Assembly: GCA_023144005.1 (NCBI GenBank)
Contig: JAGLGN010000020.1
Coordinates: forward strand, 10,941 to 74,940
Reading direction: 5' to 3'
DNA from: a bacterium
GTDB lineage: Bacteria > AUK180
Length of the DNA: 64,000 bases
In this document: positions 49,438 through 61,600 of the stretch, piece after piece
Layout: every line of letters starts with the position of its first letter
How positions within the stretch are numbered: the first letter of the stretch is position 1
Notes under the pieces: model-generated
Database searches by the model: none
What the model saw: the letters and a program-made list of their open reading frames with translations, nothing else
What the model was told of the DNA's origin: nothing
Translations under genes and position numbers: made by a program

Positions 49438-50954
49438 ACCAGTCCTAATAACGCGATTATCATCGCGGGAAGGGTCGAGAAGGGGTGAACACTATTTCGG
49501 GGAAACTTCTTCTTCTCGCCCTCACGGGAAAATTTCCGAAGAATTGTTTGGTATTTCTCTTCATTGAATCCCGAGTTAAGCTCCTCTATAAGCGGCGAGA
49601 GCGCGAAATACTTTCTCTTGACAGTAAAGGCGGTATTATTTCTGACACATTCCATCTCCACTTCGATCTTATCCTCGCGCGGCGTGAAGGAAAAGCCATT
49701 TTCTAATTTTCTCGCTTCCCCGCCGGAGATCTTGATATTCCTGATCTCCATATCAGATGAAATGAATACCTCTTCCCCTATATGAGGGATCACTTGTGAA
49801 AGTTCCACTCTGCGGTCCATTTTTAATTGAGTGACGAATACCTCAAGAGCCATTGTGAGTTCTTCCAGCAATGCTGAATCGGTATTTTTGATCTCATCCA
49901 CATGAAAGCCGGTCTTTGAGAAATAATAAAAATGATCGTACTTTCCGAAGATATCAAGGCCGGCAAGAGTGAATTCGCTCTTTATCTTCATATCTCCGCC
50001 GGAAACACAAATGGCAGACCTATGAGTTTCTGCCAAACCCGACATTCCTATGTGCATGACGGGAATTCTTGATCTCATTGCTGCGGGAAGATCGTAATAG
50101 ATGATCCCATCAGCGTTCTTGGGAGCTGCCTTGCCGATATATGTCGGCAGAGGTTCGCAGCCCAGATACTTCAATGTTCTGGAAACTGTACCGATATCCG
50201 CAGAGGGATATCTATAGACAATAACGACCTCGGGTTTAGCTTTGAGAACAATGATGTCCCTGTTCGCACCGTCATCGCCCGAAACTTCGTCTCCGGTATC
50301 CAGAAATACCTGAAGATTATATGTACCCGGAGCAAGCGGCCGCAATTTCAGATCACGCAGGTTCATGCCCTCAATAAGGTTCCAACTGCCCGTCTCGAGC
50401 ACCGCGCCGTCCAGATAGGATCTGTATGTGACCTCCTTATCTTCTTTTGAAAAGATGCTTATGATGACCGGGGCCATCGCATCATATATCATGCTTCCCG
50501 GCGAAAGTGAAAAAACTGTAATAGAGTTCTTCATCACAGCGAAATTTTTCTCGGGTATCAATTTCACAGGGAAGTTCCCATTATAAAGCACTTGATCAGT
50601 AAAATTAAAATCTGAATTGTATGAGACCTTTTTCCCGGACAATCCCGAATACAGACATAGGGTTATCAGGTCGGAATTGATCGGCGAACTTCCCCTCATT
50701 ATACCCTTGAATGTCTGGATCTGCCCATCTTCTATGACCTTGGATGATCTCATCCGATCCTTGTATCTGCTCATTGAATATGAATTATCGACGATCTCCA
50801 ACGCTTCTCCGGAGAAGGATCTGCTGATAATATAGAAATTGAAGAAAAGCATGGCAAGGATGATGAACGGGATCAAAGCGGGCAAACTCCGGATGTTTCT
50901 CCTGTGTGATATGAGGTAATATGTGATTACAAGCAGGAGGAATATTAGAAACAT
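49416..50954 (-). CDS. Membrane protein with von Willebrand factor A (vWA/BatA-like) domain
   Basis: N-terminal TM helices. MIDAS-like EIVDNSYSM (DxSxS). C-terminal TM (AMIIALLGLVWLWL). 512 aa. Confidence 0.5.
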   Translation of the reverse strand: MFLIFLLLVITYYLISHRRNIRSLPALIPFIILAMLFFNFYIISRSFSGEALEIVDNSYSMSRYKDRMRSSKVIEDGQIQTFKGIMRGSSPINSDLITLCLYSGLSGKKVSYNSDFNFTDQVLYNGNFPVKLIPEKNFAVMKNSITVFSLSPGSMIYDAMAPVIISIFSKEDKEVTYRSYLDGAVLETGSWNLIEGMNLRDLKLRPLAPGTYNLQVFLDTGDEVSGDDGANRDIIVLKAKPEVVIVYRYPSADIGTVSRTLKYLGCEPLPTYIGKAAPKNADGIIYYDLPAAMRSRIPVMHIGMSGLAETHRSAICVSGGDMKIKSEFTLAGLDIFGKYDHFYYFSKTGFHVDEIKNTDSALLEELTMALEVFVTQLKMDRRVELSQVIPHIGEEVFISSDMEIRNIKISGGEARKLENGFSFTPREDKIEVEMECVRNNTAFTVKRKYFALSPLIEELNSGFNEEKYQTILRKFSREGEKKKFPRNSVHPFSTLPAMIIALLGLVWLWLKH

Positions 50955-52009
50955 TACTCTTTCAGTTTAAGCACGCTTTTTAATATGATGGCTGCATTTA
51001 ATGCGAAATCCTGAAGTAAAACCTCGTCATCTCTGGAGAACTTATATTTCTCTACTGATTCCAGGTTGAGAACACCGATCACCTTAGCATCAATAATAAG
51101 CGGGGCGGCCATTTCCGAGTTCATCTTCGAATCCGCTTCAGAAATGTATCTCTTGTCATCCCTGACATTATTGATCCGAATTACTCTTTTCTCTTTTGCC
51201 GCCAAGCCGGTAACTCCGCTTCCAAACGGTATTTTGGTCGCCTTCACGAATTGGTCACTTGTTCCGTGCGCAGAAAAAATATCGAGACTGTCCTCCTTCT
51301 CATTGACCAGAAGGATCGCTGCGGATTCCGCGTTAAATATTTCGATGAGCTTCTTTACGATGAGGTCGATAACTCTTTTGGGTTCTAGATTAAGCAGCAG
51401 AAGACGGTCTATCCGGCGGAGATCTTCCAGTTCTTTCAACCTTTTCTTTTCTTTCTGATGCATCAAAGCGTTCTGAAGTATGAGCTTATAGAAGGGTATC
51501 ATGATCTCGTAAAGGCGAAGGTCATGTTCATCAAAATCCTGTCCGTCAAATCTGTCCGCGACGAAAAGATAGGCAATAACATCATTTTGAAGCATTATGG
51601 GTTCGAAGATACCGGAAAAGATATTGAAATCTGAAAACAATTTATTGAATACGGGATAATCCTTGATATTCTCCGGTGAAATGAGAAATCTCTTATTCTT
51701 CTGGAAAAGTTTTTTTATGCCTGCATTTCTTTCGGTAAAATGGGTGAATTCATTCTTGTCAATACCGAAAGTATACAGAGGCAGAAAGAGCTCTTTCTTA
51801 TCATCAAAATGATAGATAGCCGCTTTGCCGGCTCGAATAAGATGCATGACACTCGTTGCGATCCCCCATGTGGTGTCCAGAAAATTTTCAAAGGATTTCG
51901 GCAGAAGGGAATTGATCTCCTCCAATATGGCGACGATCTCCCGGGTATTGATCCTCTCTTCAAGGTCTTTTATATTAAGATTAAAAAGTTCCTTGAAGAA
52001 ATTTTTCAT
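50954..52009 (-). CDS. Tandem GAF-domain protein (no output domain)
   Basis: Two GAF-like halves. The second has ...FGSGVTGLAAKEKRVIRINNVRDDKRY...MAAPLIIDAKVIGVLNLES. 351 aa. Confidence 0.6.
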   Translation of the reverse strand: MKNFFKELFNLNIKDLEERINTREIVAILEEINSLLPKSFENFLDTTWGIATSVMHLIRAGKAAIYHFDDKKELFLPLYTFGIDKNEFTHFTERNAGIKKLFQKNKRFLISPENIKDYPVFNKLFSDFNIFSGIFEPIMLQNDVIAYLFVADRFDGQDFDEHDLRLYEIMIPFYKLILQNALMHQKEKKRLKELEDLRRIDRLLLLNLEPKRVIDLIVKKLIEIFNAESAAILLVNEKEDSLDIFSAHGTSDQFVKATKIPFGSGVTGLAAKEKRVIRINNVRDDKRYISEADSKMNSEMAAPLIIDAKVIGVLNLESVEKYKFSRDDEVLLQDFALNAAIILKSVLKLKE

Positions 52010-52347
52010 TTTACCGCTTCCACTCCTGATTCCCCTGTTCTGATCCTGACAGCATCTTCAACATTCTCGACCCAGATCTTACCATCGCCCATACGGCCTG
52101 TTTGCAGAAATTCCTGCAATTCCAAAATAATATCCTCAACTTCTTCATCAAGGACAAGGGTCTCCATTTTCATCTTTGGAAGAAGGTTTATCTTGAATTC
52201 TTTCCCTGAAATGAGCTCTTTATGGCCATATTGACGGCCGAACCCCCTAACTTCGTTGAAGGTCGCGCCTTTTATCTTAGTACCTTTAATGAATTCCAAT
52301 AATTCCAATTCATCCCTCCTTTTGAATATTACAGTAACCTTTTTCAT
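52006..52347 (-). CDS. Nitrogen-regulatory PII (GlnB/GlnK)-family signal-transduction protein
   Basis: 113 aa. The T-loop RGFGRQYGHKEL, LPKMKMETLV and TGRMGDGKIWV...VRIRTGE align to the PII consensus (GFGRQKGH...LPKVK.E.VV...TG..GDGKIFV...RIRTGE). First gene of the operon, with a 4-nt overlap to the GAF gene. Confidence 0.75.
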   Translation of the reverse strand: MKKVTVIFKRRDELELLEFIKGTKIKGATFNEVRGFGRQYGHKELISGKEFKINLLPKMKMETLVLDEEVEDIILELQEFLQTGRMGDGKIWVENVEDAVRIRTGESGVEAVK

Positions 52348-52363
52348 ATGTTTCCCACGTTAT

Positions 52364-52392
52364 ATTATGCAGAATAATGGGCAAAAAGTCAA
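52364..52392 (-). promoter_or_regulatory. Candidate sigma70-type promoter for the PII-led operon (-35 TTGACT, 17-nt spacer, -10 CATAAT)
   Basis: Minus-strand read ending ~16 nt upstream of the ATG at 52347. Confidence 0.4.
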
Positions 52393-52402
52393 ATATTAAC
52401 CT

Positions 52403-52621
52403 AGTGTTCTGATTCATGAAATAGAGGCTAGAGGTTCGAGGTTGGTGAAGGGAAGATTGTTCAAAAGTTCAAGGTTAAGGTAAAATCTCTTTTTACTCTA
52501 TCTTATAATTGTCAACTGTCAATTGTGTATAATCATCCTTTAGTTTCCCACTTGTCACTTGTGCTCTTGTCACTTGTGCTCCTATCAACCATTGTCATCG
52601 TATTTATGAATCAAAACACTG
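52403..52621. mobile_element. MITE-like element (second copy of the TIR family that disrupts the GNAT gene), with internal word-repeat modules
   Basis: Ends AGTGTTCTGATTCATGAAATA (52403-52423) and CCATTGTCATCGTATTTATGAATCAAAACACTG (52589-52621) are inverted and match the ends of the 12634-12902 element. Sits precisely between two divergent predicted promoters. Confidence 0.45.
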
Positions 52622-52630
52622 TTAAAAAAC

Positions 52631-52659
52631 TTGAAAAAAAGTTGAAAATGGTATAAAAT
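52631..52659 (+). promoter_or_regulatory. Candidate sigma70-type promoter for the 3138-aa TPR gene (-35 TTGAAA, 17-nt spacer, -10 TAAAAT), possibly giving a leaderless transcript
   Basis: The -10 ends 6 nt before the ATG at 52666 and no SD sequence is present. Confidence 0.3.
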
Positions 52660-52665
52660 TCCTTT

Positions 52666-55600
52666 ATGGGGCAGAAAGAGGAACTTCAGATCTATTTGAA
52701 CCGAGTTCAAAGCAAGGTAGCCGGGGAATCCGATTATCTTAATGCGATCCAGATATTCGCGGATCTCAAAAATTTTCCAAGGGTTATCACATTATCACAG
52801 CAGGGATTGGAGAATTTTCCGGATGAAGGGATATTCCATTACTGGTACGCCTTCGCTTCCTTTTACCTTAAGAAGTTCGAAGCCGCGTTCACAAGTGTCA
52901 ATCTCGCGGTGAACAACAATACTGAACATCTGGATTCTATTCTGCTCGGATACAGGATATCTATCGAGTCCTCTGATCCCGACAACGCCTTGATCTTTTT
53001 GAAATTAGGCGCGGATCGTTTCCCCGACGAAAGCGAAATGCATCAGACCATATTTGATTTTTTTGATAATAACGGTGAATTCGTTTCCAATCACGTCAAT
53101 CTTATTACATCGGTTTATGCCAACGGAGAAAAACGGCTGGGAAAATTCCTTCTTGACACCTTCTACTCCGGCAAGATCACCACTGAACAGGCACTTGATG
53201 TATATATCGAGAATTTCTCCCAAAAAAGCGATGACAAAGACTTCTCGAGATTCGTCTGTAGTATCATCATAAAGGATGAGAGGACGGATAAACCCGCGTT
53301 ATCGGTTCTGCAGGGTGTTTATGACAGCGGCAATAAATCAAAGGCCGTGGTCGGATATCTCTCGGATGTCTCTGCTGCCAAGGGCGCTTGGGGAGATGAG
53401 AATCAGATACTTTATGAACATGCTGTCGAACTGAACTGCGCTACTTACTCCGTTTTCAAACTTCTGGCGAATAAATATATCTTACTGCAGCTCAAAGATG
53501 AAAATTCCCTTGATGTCATTTTTCAGTATTTCCTCTTTGAACCGGACAATAAAGACACCATAACATATCTGATCCCCTTTGTTCTGAAGAAGAAAACATA
53601 CACCGAGGATGAAAAGAATTTCCTGAAGATCGCATTTCGGCTCTTTCCCGATAATTTTGATATCTTCGCGAAGCTTGTCGAGAATATGCTCTTTGATGTC
53701 AACGAAGTCATTGACAATCTGACATTTCTCCAGAGGTATATAGAGGAATTCCCCCAGTCAGAAGCTGCCATAAAACTACTTGGCTCGGCCTATCTGAAAT
53801 TAGGAAGAAAGGACTCCGAGGCGCTTTTCATCTATGAAAAATTCGTAAGGTTCAATTCGGATAGCCTTGAGTTGATCTCTATCCTTACCGAATACTATCT
53901 CTCCGAGAACCGCCGCAGCCGATTGGCGATAATCATCTATGAGAAGGCGTTCCAAATGGGGCTTACTTCCAAAGGGCTTTTCGGAATACTCGCCCTTTAT
54001 TACCTTGACAATCAATCCATTACAGACAGCAACATACCGATCTTCATCAGCGTTTTCAACAATTTAAGAAAGGATCCCCAACCCTATTCCAATTTTCTGA
54101 ATACATTGTCCGGGGCGATCCTGAAGAAAAAGATCACTATCACGGAGAATGAGTTCTTCTTCGAATCCCTGAAAGACATTATCAAGATCCTTCAGCCGCA
54201 GGAGGATATATTCTATTCCGCATTCGTAAAACTGGGCATTTCACTCCATAAGATCGACAATGACTCATTTGAGATCTACAAAAGGCTGATCGCGAAGTTC
54301 AAGGCCTCTAAGAAATTCCTCATGCTTCTTTTCGATGCCTATTCCTCGCGTAATGTCGTGGATGAAGAGGGACGCTCCGTTATGGAAGCGATCTATGAGA
54401 AACTCTCTGAATCGGACAAGCAAAAGGCAACGCTTCTTCTATCCCAGTATTACATGGATAACAAGATAAAAGACGATTTTGCGGGCGGTATTATTTCCAA
54501 AGCGAATTCTCTTATTAAAGATGGTGTTAAACTTGAAGGGAATCTCGAAAAACTGGTACAGTACGCGGTAAAGAACGAGAAAAAGGATAGCGAGACCTTA
54601 GAGCTTTACTTCAGGTACCTTCAGATCAATCAGGAGAATCCTGCGGTGTTCAGATCAGCATGTGAGCTAATTGTGGATAAGGCGATCTTTGAAAAGAAAT
54701 TCCTTTCGATCATGAAGAAGGGAATGGAGCTCTTTGATGACTGGAGAGAACTGTTCAATCATTATGCGGTCGCCTTGGCGAAGAACAAGATCCGCGAATC
54801 GGATTCTTATCCAATCTGGGAAAGATTCATTCTCTCCGGGAACAAGGACGACTCCATCGTAATCGAACTCCTGTCACATTATATCAATAAAGGCACATTG
54901 GACAGAAAAGCAGAGAGAGTATTTTCTTTTGCCATGGGCATCGGATATAAGAACGCGGAGATACTTCTTCAATACTCCCGCATCCTTGCAAAGGACGGAA
55001 ATTATAATAAACTTATCAATGTCATCAGCGATCTGATAAAATTCGACATCAAGGAAGTGGAAGATATCAAGTTCATAGCGGATACATTGCTATTTTATGC
55101 CAAATTTGATGTCCTGGAGAAATTTCTCGGTAAATACTCAGACAAATCCGAATTCATCCTTCGCTATAAATTAAGAAATCTCTTTTATTCGAATAAGCTG
55201 GCGGATAATGAAGAATGCCTGGCACGTTTTGTCTCAAAATACAAGATCAAGGACAATAACGCCGATATCTACGAATTCTACGGCGACTTTTATTTCTACG
55301 AAAAACGTGACCTTAAGAAAGCCATTCACGGATACAGTGAGTATTTGAAAATGTCGCCCAATGACGCGCTGATCCTTTATAAAGCCACCATTTGTGTCCT
55401 GGAGATAGGAGATACCTACTCCGCCCTGAAGTATGTCAAGAAGCTGCTGCTTTTCAGAGAACATGATATTGAAGCTCAGAAGATTGCGGCGAATATACAT
55501 TTCAAGCTGGGGCAATACCCCGAAGCATCGGGCTTTTATAAGAGGATCATATCGGTTGGATACAAGGATACCGAGATACTGAAGAATTACGCATTAGCGC

Positions 55601-58600
55601 TTTTCTTCTCACAGCAGTATTACTCCGCCATTGACCTCTTCAGAGAGATCCTCACCGACGACCCGAATAATCAGGAACTCCTTCTTAACCTTGCATATGC
55701 CTATACCTATATTGATTTCAAGGAAGAAGCCGAAGATACACTGAGAAAGATCATTGACAATAACCCGCAGAATAAAGAAGCGCTCTTCGCGCTTTTCGCC
55801 ATATACCTTGAAGATGTAAGAGCTGATGAACATGCCGAGGGGCTCTTCAATCTCGTATTGAAAATGGACCCCGAAAATCTCGATGCCTTAAAAATGCTTT
55901 CAATGATCTACGGAAAGCTCGGCCGAAATGATGAGCGGGCAATAAGCATTTATGTCAAGATCCTGGATTACGGAGAACCTCCCCCGGAAATAATCAAGAT
56001 ACTGGCGAATAAGCTCAATGAAGAAGGCTCCGGACTGCATGGACAGTTCAGGATCAAGATATTCTCCAGGGCCGTCGAGTTCTTCCCTTCCAATGAGAAG
56101 TACTGGGTCTCTCTGATAGATCTGATCTCCGAAGAATTGGAATTAGAACCCTTTACAAAGATACTTGAAGCCGCATATGAAAAGAAGATCAGAATATCTG
56201 TCTGCGCGGAAAAACTCGCGAAACTGGCCTATGACAAGGGCGAAATTGACAAGGCCTTGATCTATGCGAAGACCGTGCTGGCGCATAATCCGTATAAGAG
56301 CGAAATATATAACCTGGTTGGCGAGATACTGATCGAAAAAGGCTCATTGGAAGAAGCAAAGGATGTATTGAATAATGCCTTGATATATGACTCGGGAAAT
56401 TTCTACGCTTATTTGAACTCAGCCAAGGTCATGCATTTGATGAAGAATTTCCCCCTCGCTCTTAAATATCTGGAACGATCACTTAATATAAACAAGTACT
56501 ATCTTCCGGGAATACTCCTCTACGCGGAAATTTCCGTGGAAAGGAATATTAATCTTGACAATGCGAAGAACGCGCTCAAATTCGTCAAAGATATCTATCA
56601 GTCAAATTGGGAAATATCCTACTGGCTGGCCGTGATCAACAATTTAAAGGGAGATTCAGAACTTGCTTTGATGCAGATCGACGAAGCTCTCGGTTTTGAA
56701 TTGAACCTGGAATCAGTTCTACTGAAGGCGGAAATTCTGAAGCAGGACGGAAAATACCAGGAAGCTTTGGATTTTCTAAATCAACAGAAAGATGAACTTA
56801 ACGCGCCTGAACTTTTCAACGCTTTGGGGCAATTGTACTTCGATTTGGACGATATAGAATCATCAAAGGAAGCTTATTCACTGGCGGTATCGATCGATCC
56901 TAATTTTATTCAAACCCAGATAGCTTTAGCGAAACTGCATTATTCTGTGGATAAGGACCTCGAGACCGCGAAGGTAGAATTCATGAATATTCTGGAATTC
57001 AACGCCGAAAATGAAGAGGCGCAGAGATTTTTGGGCAAGATCCATTACCGCAAGAAAGAATATAAAGAAGCATTAAAAGTTTATATGCGGGTTTTTGAAT
57101 ATCTGGATTATGAGGATCTGAAATACCTCACTTCGATATACTTCATGAGAGGGCTTTTTGATGAAGTCCTTGAATTAGCGGCGAATCTTATACAGCAGAG
57201 AAGTGACGACCTGGATGTTGTCACCATTCTTTTTGAAACCTACTGCGCATTGCAGCTCTATGACAAGGCCATTGACGCTTTCCAGACCTTGAGGATAAAT
57301 GATTCTGAAAGAGCTCAGGAGTATTTCGAGAAGTATTTCGGAATTCTTATTTCTTCAGGAAATTACAAGAAACTCCGTGAAGAATTGCAGGAACTCATTA
57401 AGGATCAGAGGTACGGGGCAAAGTATGCCGAGTACTTCTTCTTTCTTGAATACATACTCTTTAACACCAAATTCGAGGATATCAAATTCCTTCTGAAGTT
57501 CCTTCTCGACAAAAAACAGGATAAGATAGATTTCAAGAAGAACAGAGACCTTATGCTTTTCCACATCCTTCTTCAGGAAAACGCCTTCTCTTCGATCGAT
57601 ACTTTCATTCATATCTTTAACAAAGAAGATGATACCATTCGTTTCCTTACAGCCATGTATTATGTCAAAAGCGGCAAGGAAAAGGGCGCGTTGAATCTAT
57701 TGAAGAGTTTTCACGAATATTGGTCAAGGCCTTATTTCACTCCATTCCTAGGCTACTCAAAAAAGATATTCGTACACCTTAAGGAAAGGTACAGGTTCAA
57801 CCGGATCTGGGAAATGCTGGCTAATCAGGATATCAGAGATGAGAAAGATTATTGGTACAAGATCTTTCTTAAATACGCTGAAGAAAAATTAGGCGAAAAA
57901 TTCCTTGAGAAGAACAAGATCGACAAGGGACTGCATACATTACACTCCCGATTGGAAAGATATGAGCTGGCAAAGGGGAAAAAGGACTCTGATCTGAACT
58001 CGGATCTCTTTTTGAAGATGTATCAGTTGTATTTCTTCCTGGAGGGGGATTTCAAGGAATGTCAGAAGATCGCCAAGAAGAATGATCAGCTACCGGGACT
58101 CCTGTTCTCAAAGGACCTCTTTACCGAACTTGCCAAGAAAAAAACTGACAATAAGAAGATCATGACATTGGTTTCCAAAGAGCTCCTCATCGATGAGGTT
58201 CCCTATTTCATTGACTTCCTGTATGAATACAAGATACCTGAACTCGCTAAAATGACGATACTTGACGCTGACAAGAAAAAATTGACAGAACATCACTCTG
58301 AGATCCTCTACAATTTATATGAAAAGGGCCTTCTGGAGCCCAATAAAGAAATAGAGGCGATATTATCCAACTCAAGATCGTGCAATGCGCGCTTCCTCTT
58401 GCGCAACGGAAGATATGAAGAGGCCTATAAGACAGTCATGGAGATGAATTATCTGGAGTTCACATCCCCGGGTAATTGCAATAGCGTCATGGAAGCAATG
58501 AGGGTCAATGAGGATTACGATCAATTGCTGACCTATCGCTTTAGATATATCGACCCTTCATTCGCCAATGACAATACCAATCTGTATTCCGCTATCGCCC

Positions 58601-61600
58601 TTTCTAAATTCTCCTTTGAGGAGCGAGCACATACACTGCTCTCGGGAATACAATTCGACAATATCGAATTCCTGAACGCTACCAGGGATATTGCCACGGA
58701 AAATCAATATCCCGGGAAACAACGCATAGAGAACTTCCTCTCAACTTCTCCTCACCCGAAACAGATCTTAGAGCTCTTCGACCTTCTCAAGGATTATGAC
58801 CGGGATCTTCTGAAACAATTTGACGGGTCATTAAAAGAAATGCTCCCTGAGCCGATGTATCTTCAGTTACAAGGCAGGGTTATCTTCATTGAAGGCGATA
58901 TGACAGGGGCTCTTGATAAATTAAAGGATTCGGAAGATTATGAAGACCTGAAACTTATCGTTTCCCTCTCCTCGGGAATGGAGGCGAAGGATATCATCGA
59001 AAAAATGGTGGCCATAGTCAATAAGAAAAAAGAATATTACGAACAATACATTACTTTTCTCCCCTTCTCTTTCAAAGAGGTATTTCTTCACGCTGCCAGA
59101 GATGACCTATTCTCTCTTAAGACGCAGCTTTTTGAGCTTTTCGCAAATCTGCATGATCTTGAAGGGAAGCTCACCGTCGGGAAAGAATTGGTAAAATTCG
59201 ATCCCACTCAGATCTATATTTACAAAGAGATATTCTATATTCTCCGGGACTTCAAGCAGGATTATGTGGGATCATTGAAAATACTGAATAAAATGCTCAG
59301 CCTGAATCCCAAGGACGCTGATCTGATCCTGGAAAAAGGCAAGCTGCTCATTCAAGAAGGGCGTGAGGAATATGCCTTGAACTTCCTCCTTGAGAACAAG
59401 GGACTTTCAAGTAAGATACTCTCCTATATCGGCGAGATCAATGAAAAGAGAAAACGGCCGTCCGATGCCATCGAGATTTACGAACAGCTCTTTGATGCAA
59501 CGGAAGATCTCATGTACTACGAGAAGGTGATCCAGCTCAAATATTCACTGGAATTATATTCTGAAATACTTGAAATGAACGAAAAGGACAGGAGAAAATC
59601 CGATCTTATCAATTATTATCTCGGAATGAGCCTTTTCCACCTTAAAGAATACAAGAAGGCAAATGAATTCCTGTCCAGCATTAAATCACCTAAATTCCCC
59701 CACAAGGATGATGTAGTGGTAACGATGGGCCTCATTTTCTTTAATCTTGGCGATTTCCAGAGATCTCAGAGTTTCCTGGAAAAAGCCATTAAGAATAAGA
59801 AAAGAGAAGACATCGCATGGGCGAAATTCGCTGAGATCCTCTATTCCAAAAAGAATATCCAGAAAGCCGAAAAAACGCTGGAAACCGCTATCGCCAAAGG
59901 ATATACGGACCCATCTATACACCTTCTCGGCGCCGAGATCTACTTCACGATGAACAATAAGCAGAAACTGGTGAAGCAATTACGCATACTCTCCGGCGCT
60001 ACTCTTCCGGATACGGTACAGAATCACTTAAGATATGGAATAATCCTTCATAAGACAGGCAAGGAGGAAAAGGCGGAATCTGAATTCCTGAGGATAATCG
60101 AAAACCTTCAGCCTGATAATCCCACCGCTTTGAAATACCTCATAGATATATATTTGAAACAGGAGGCTTATACACGTTGTCTTCCCCTGGTAACACGGGC
60201 GTTCAAAAAGGAACCGAGAGGGAATGCTTTCACTTACGCCTCCGTTCTTTATGCCATGGGTAGATTCGATGAAGCGCGTGAGATCGCACGGAATATCAAC
60301 TCCGACACAATGGAGGTCGAGCGATTCAAAGGGAAATTGTATTACGAGTTGAAATCCTATGATGAGGCATTGGCGAGATTCAACGCCATACTTGAAAAAG
60401 AACCCAAGGATTTTGAGGCCTATCTCTATATCGGAAAGATCTACTACTCACTTTTTGATATACCCAAGGCGATCGAATTCCTGAAGATCGCGGAGAACCT
60501 GGACGAGAACGACTTTGAGGTCCTGAAATTCCTCGGCCTGGCGTATAATAAGATGAGCGATACCATAAACACGATCATCTTTCTAAAAAAAGCCCTGTCC
60601 CTTAATGCCAAAGATCATGAAACGATCAGGGAGCTGGCTCAATTGTACTACTCAAAGAAACGCTATAAAGAAGCCATAAAGGAATTCAGCCGTGTAATCG
60701 CAGTTAAGTTCAACCTTCCGTCCGTACACTTTCAAATGGCAAAAGCGTACCGTCATTTGGGAGATTATGATAATGCGGAGATCCATGTGAACAATGCCCT
60801 TGAATTTACACCGGCTGAAGAGGTGTTCCTTGAGGAGAAGATCAACATACTCCAGAATCTCGAGAGACATTCGGACATTGTAACAACGCTTCAGGATTTC
60901 TCCAAGAATGCCAGTTTAGACGCGAAACTTGTTCTTACAATGGTTGAGAGCTTGAGAAAACTCAATCGCTTCACTGCAGCTCTGAAGATTGCAGAGAATT
61001 ACAAGATCCCTGAAATGGCCGCTAACGATTTCAAGAAGGAAAAAGCAATTCTGCTTTATCAATTGAAAAAATATGATGAGGCGCTTCCCCTTCTGGAGGA
61101 ATTGCACAAGAATTCGGACAGTGATGAGGTATTCATTATCCTCTGTTTCACCTTAATAGAGATGAAGAACACACAGAGATTGAGAACACTCGTTAAGAAT
61201 TATAAGGGAGAATTGCTGAAAAGTGAATATATCCCGTATATCAGAGGTTTTATTGAGATCAATGATGGCAATAAGGAAATCGCCCTGAATTACTTCTATC
61301 AATCCATCACGATGAACAAGGCTTTCGTTCCCGCTTACAGGAGGCTCAGCGACATCTATATACAGAATTCCAATTATGTAATGGCAATCGACATTCTTCA
61401 CAAGGCATTGGCCTATGAAGATACCAAGAAGAACGATCTTTATTATTTCCTTGGATATTCCTATTTGCAGCTGAACGACCTCTTCAATGCTCTCAAATAC
61501 ATCAAAGAAGCTCTGAAGTGGGATTATCTCAACTCAGCCGAACTTACCGCGGAGATCTACAAAGCACTTGGATTATTCGGATACGGGCTCATCAGCATGA

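Noticed and set aside
11783-52588. The possibility that the intergenic tandem word repeats are CRISPR arrays
   Set aside because: Units are only 7-9 bp, irregular and imperfect. There are no unique spacers of ~30 nt and no cas genes. They behave like dispersed simple-sequence or regulatory repeats.
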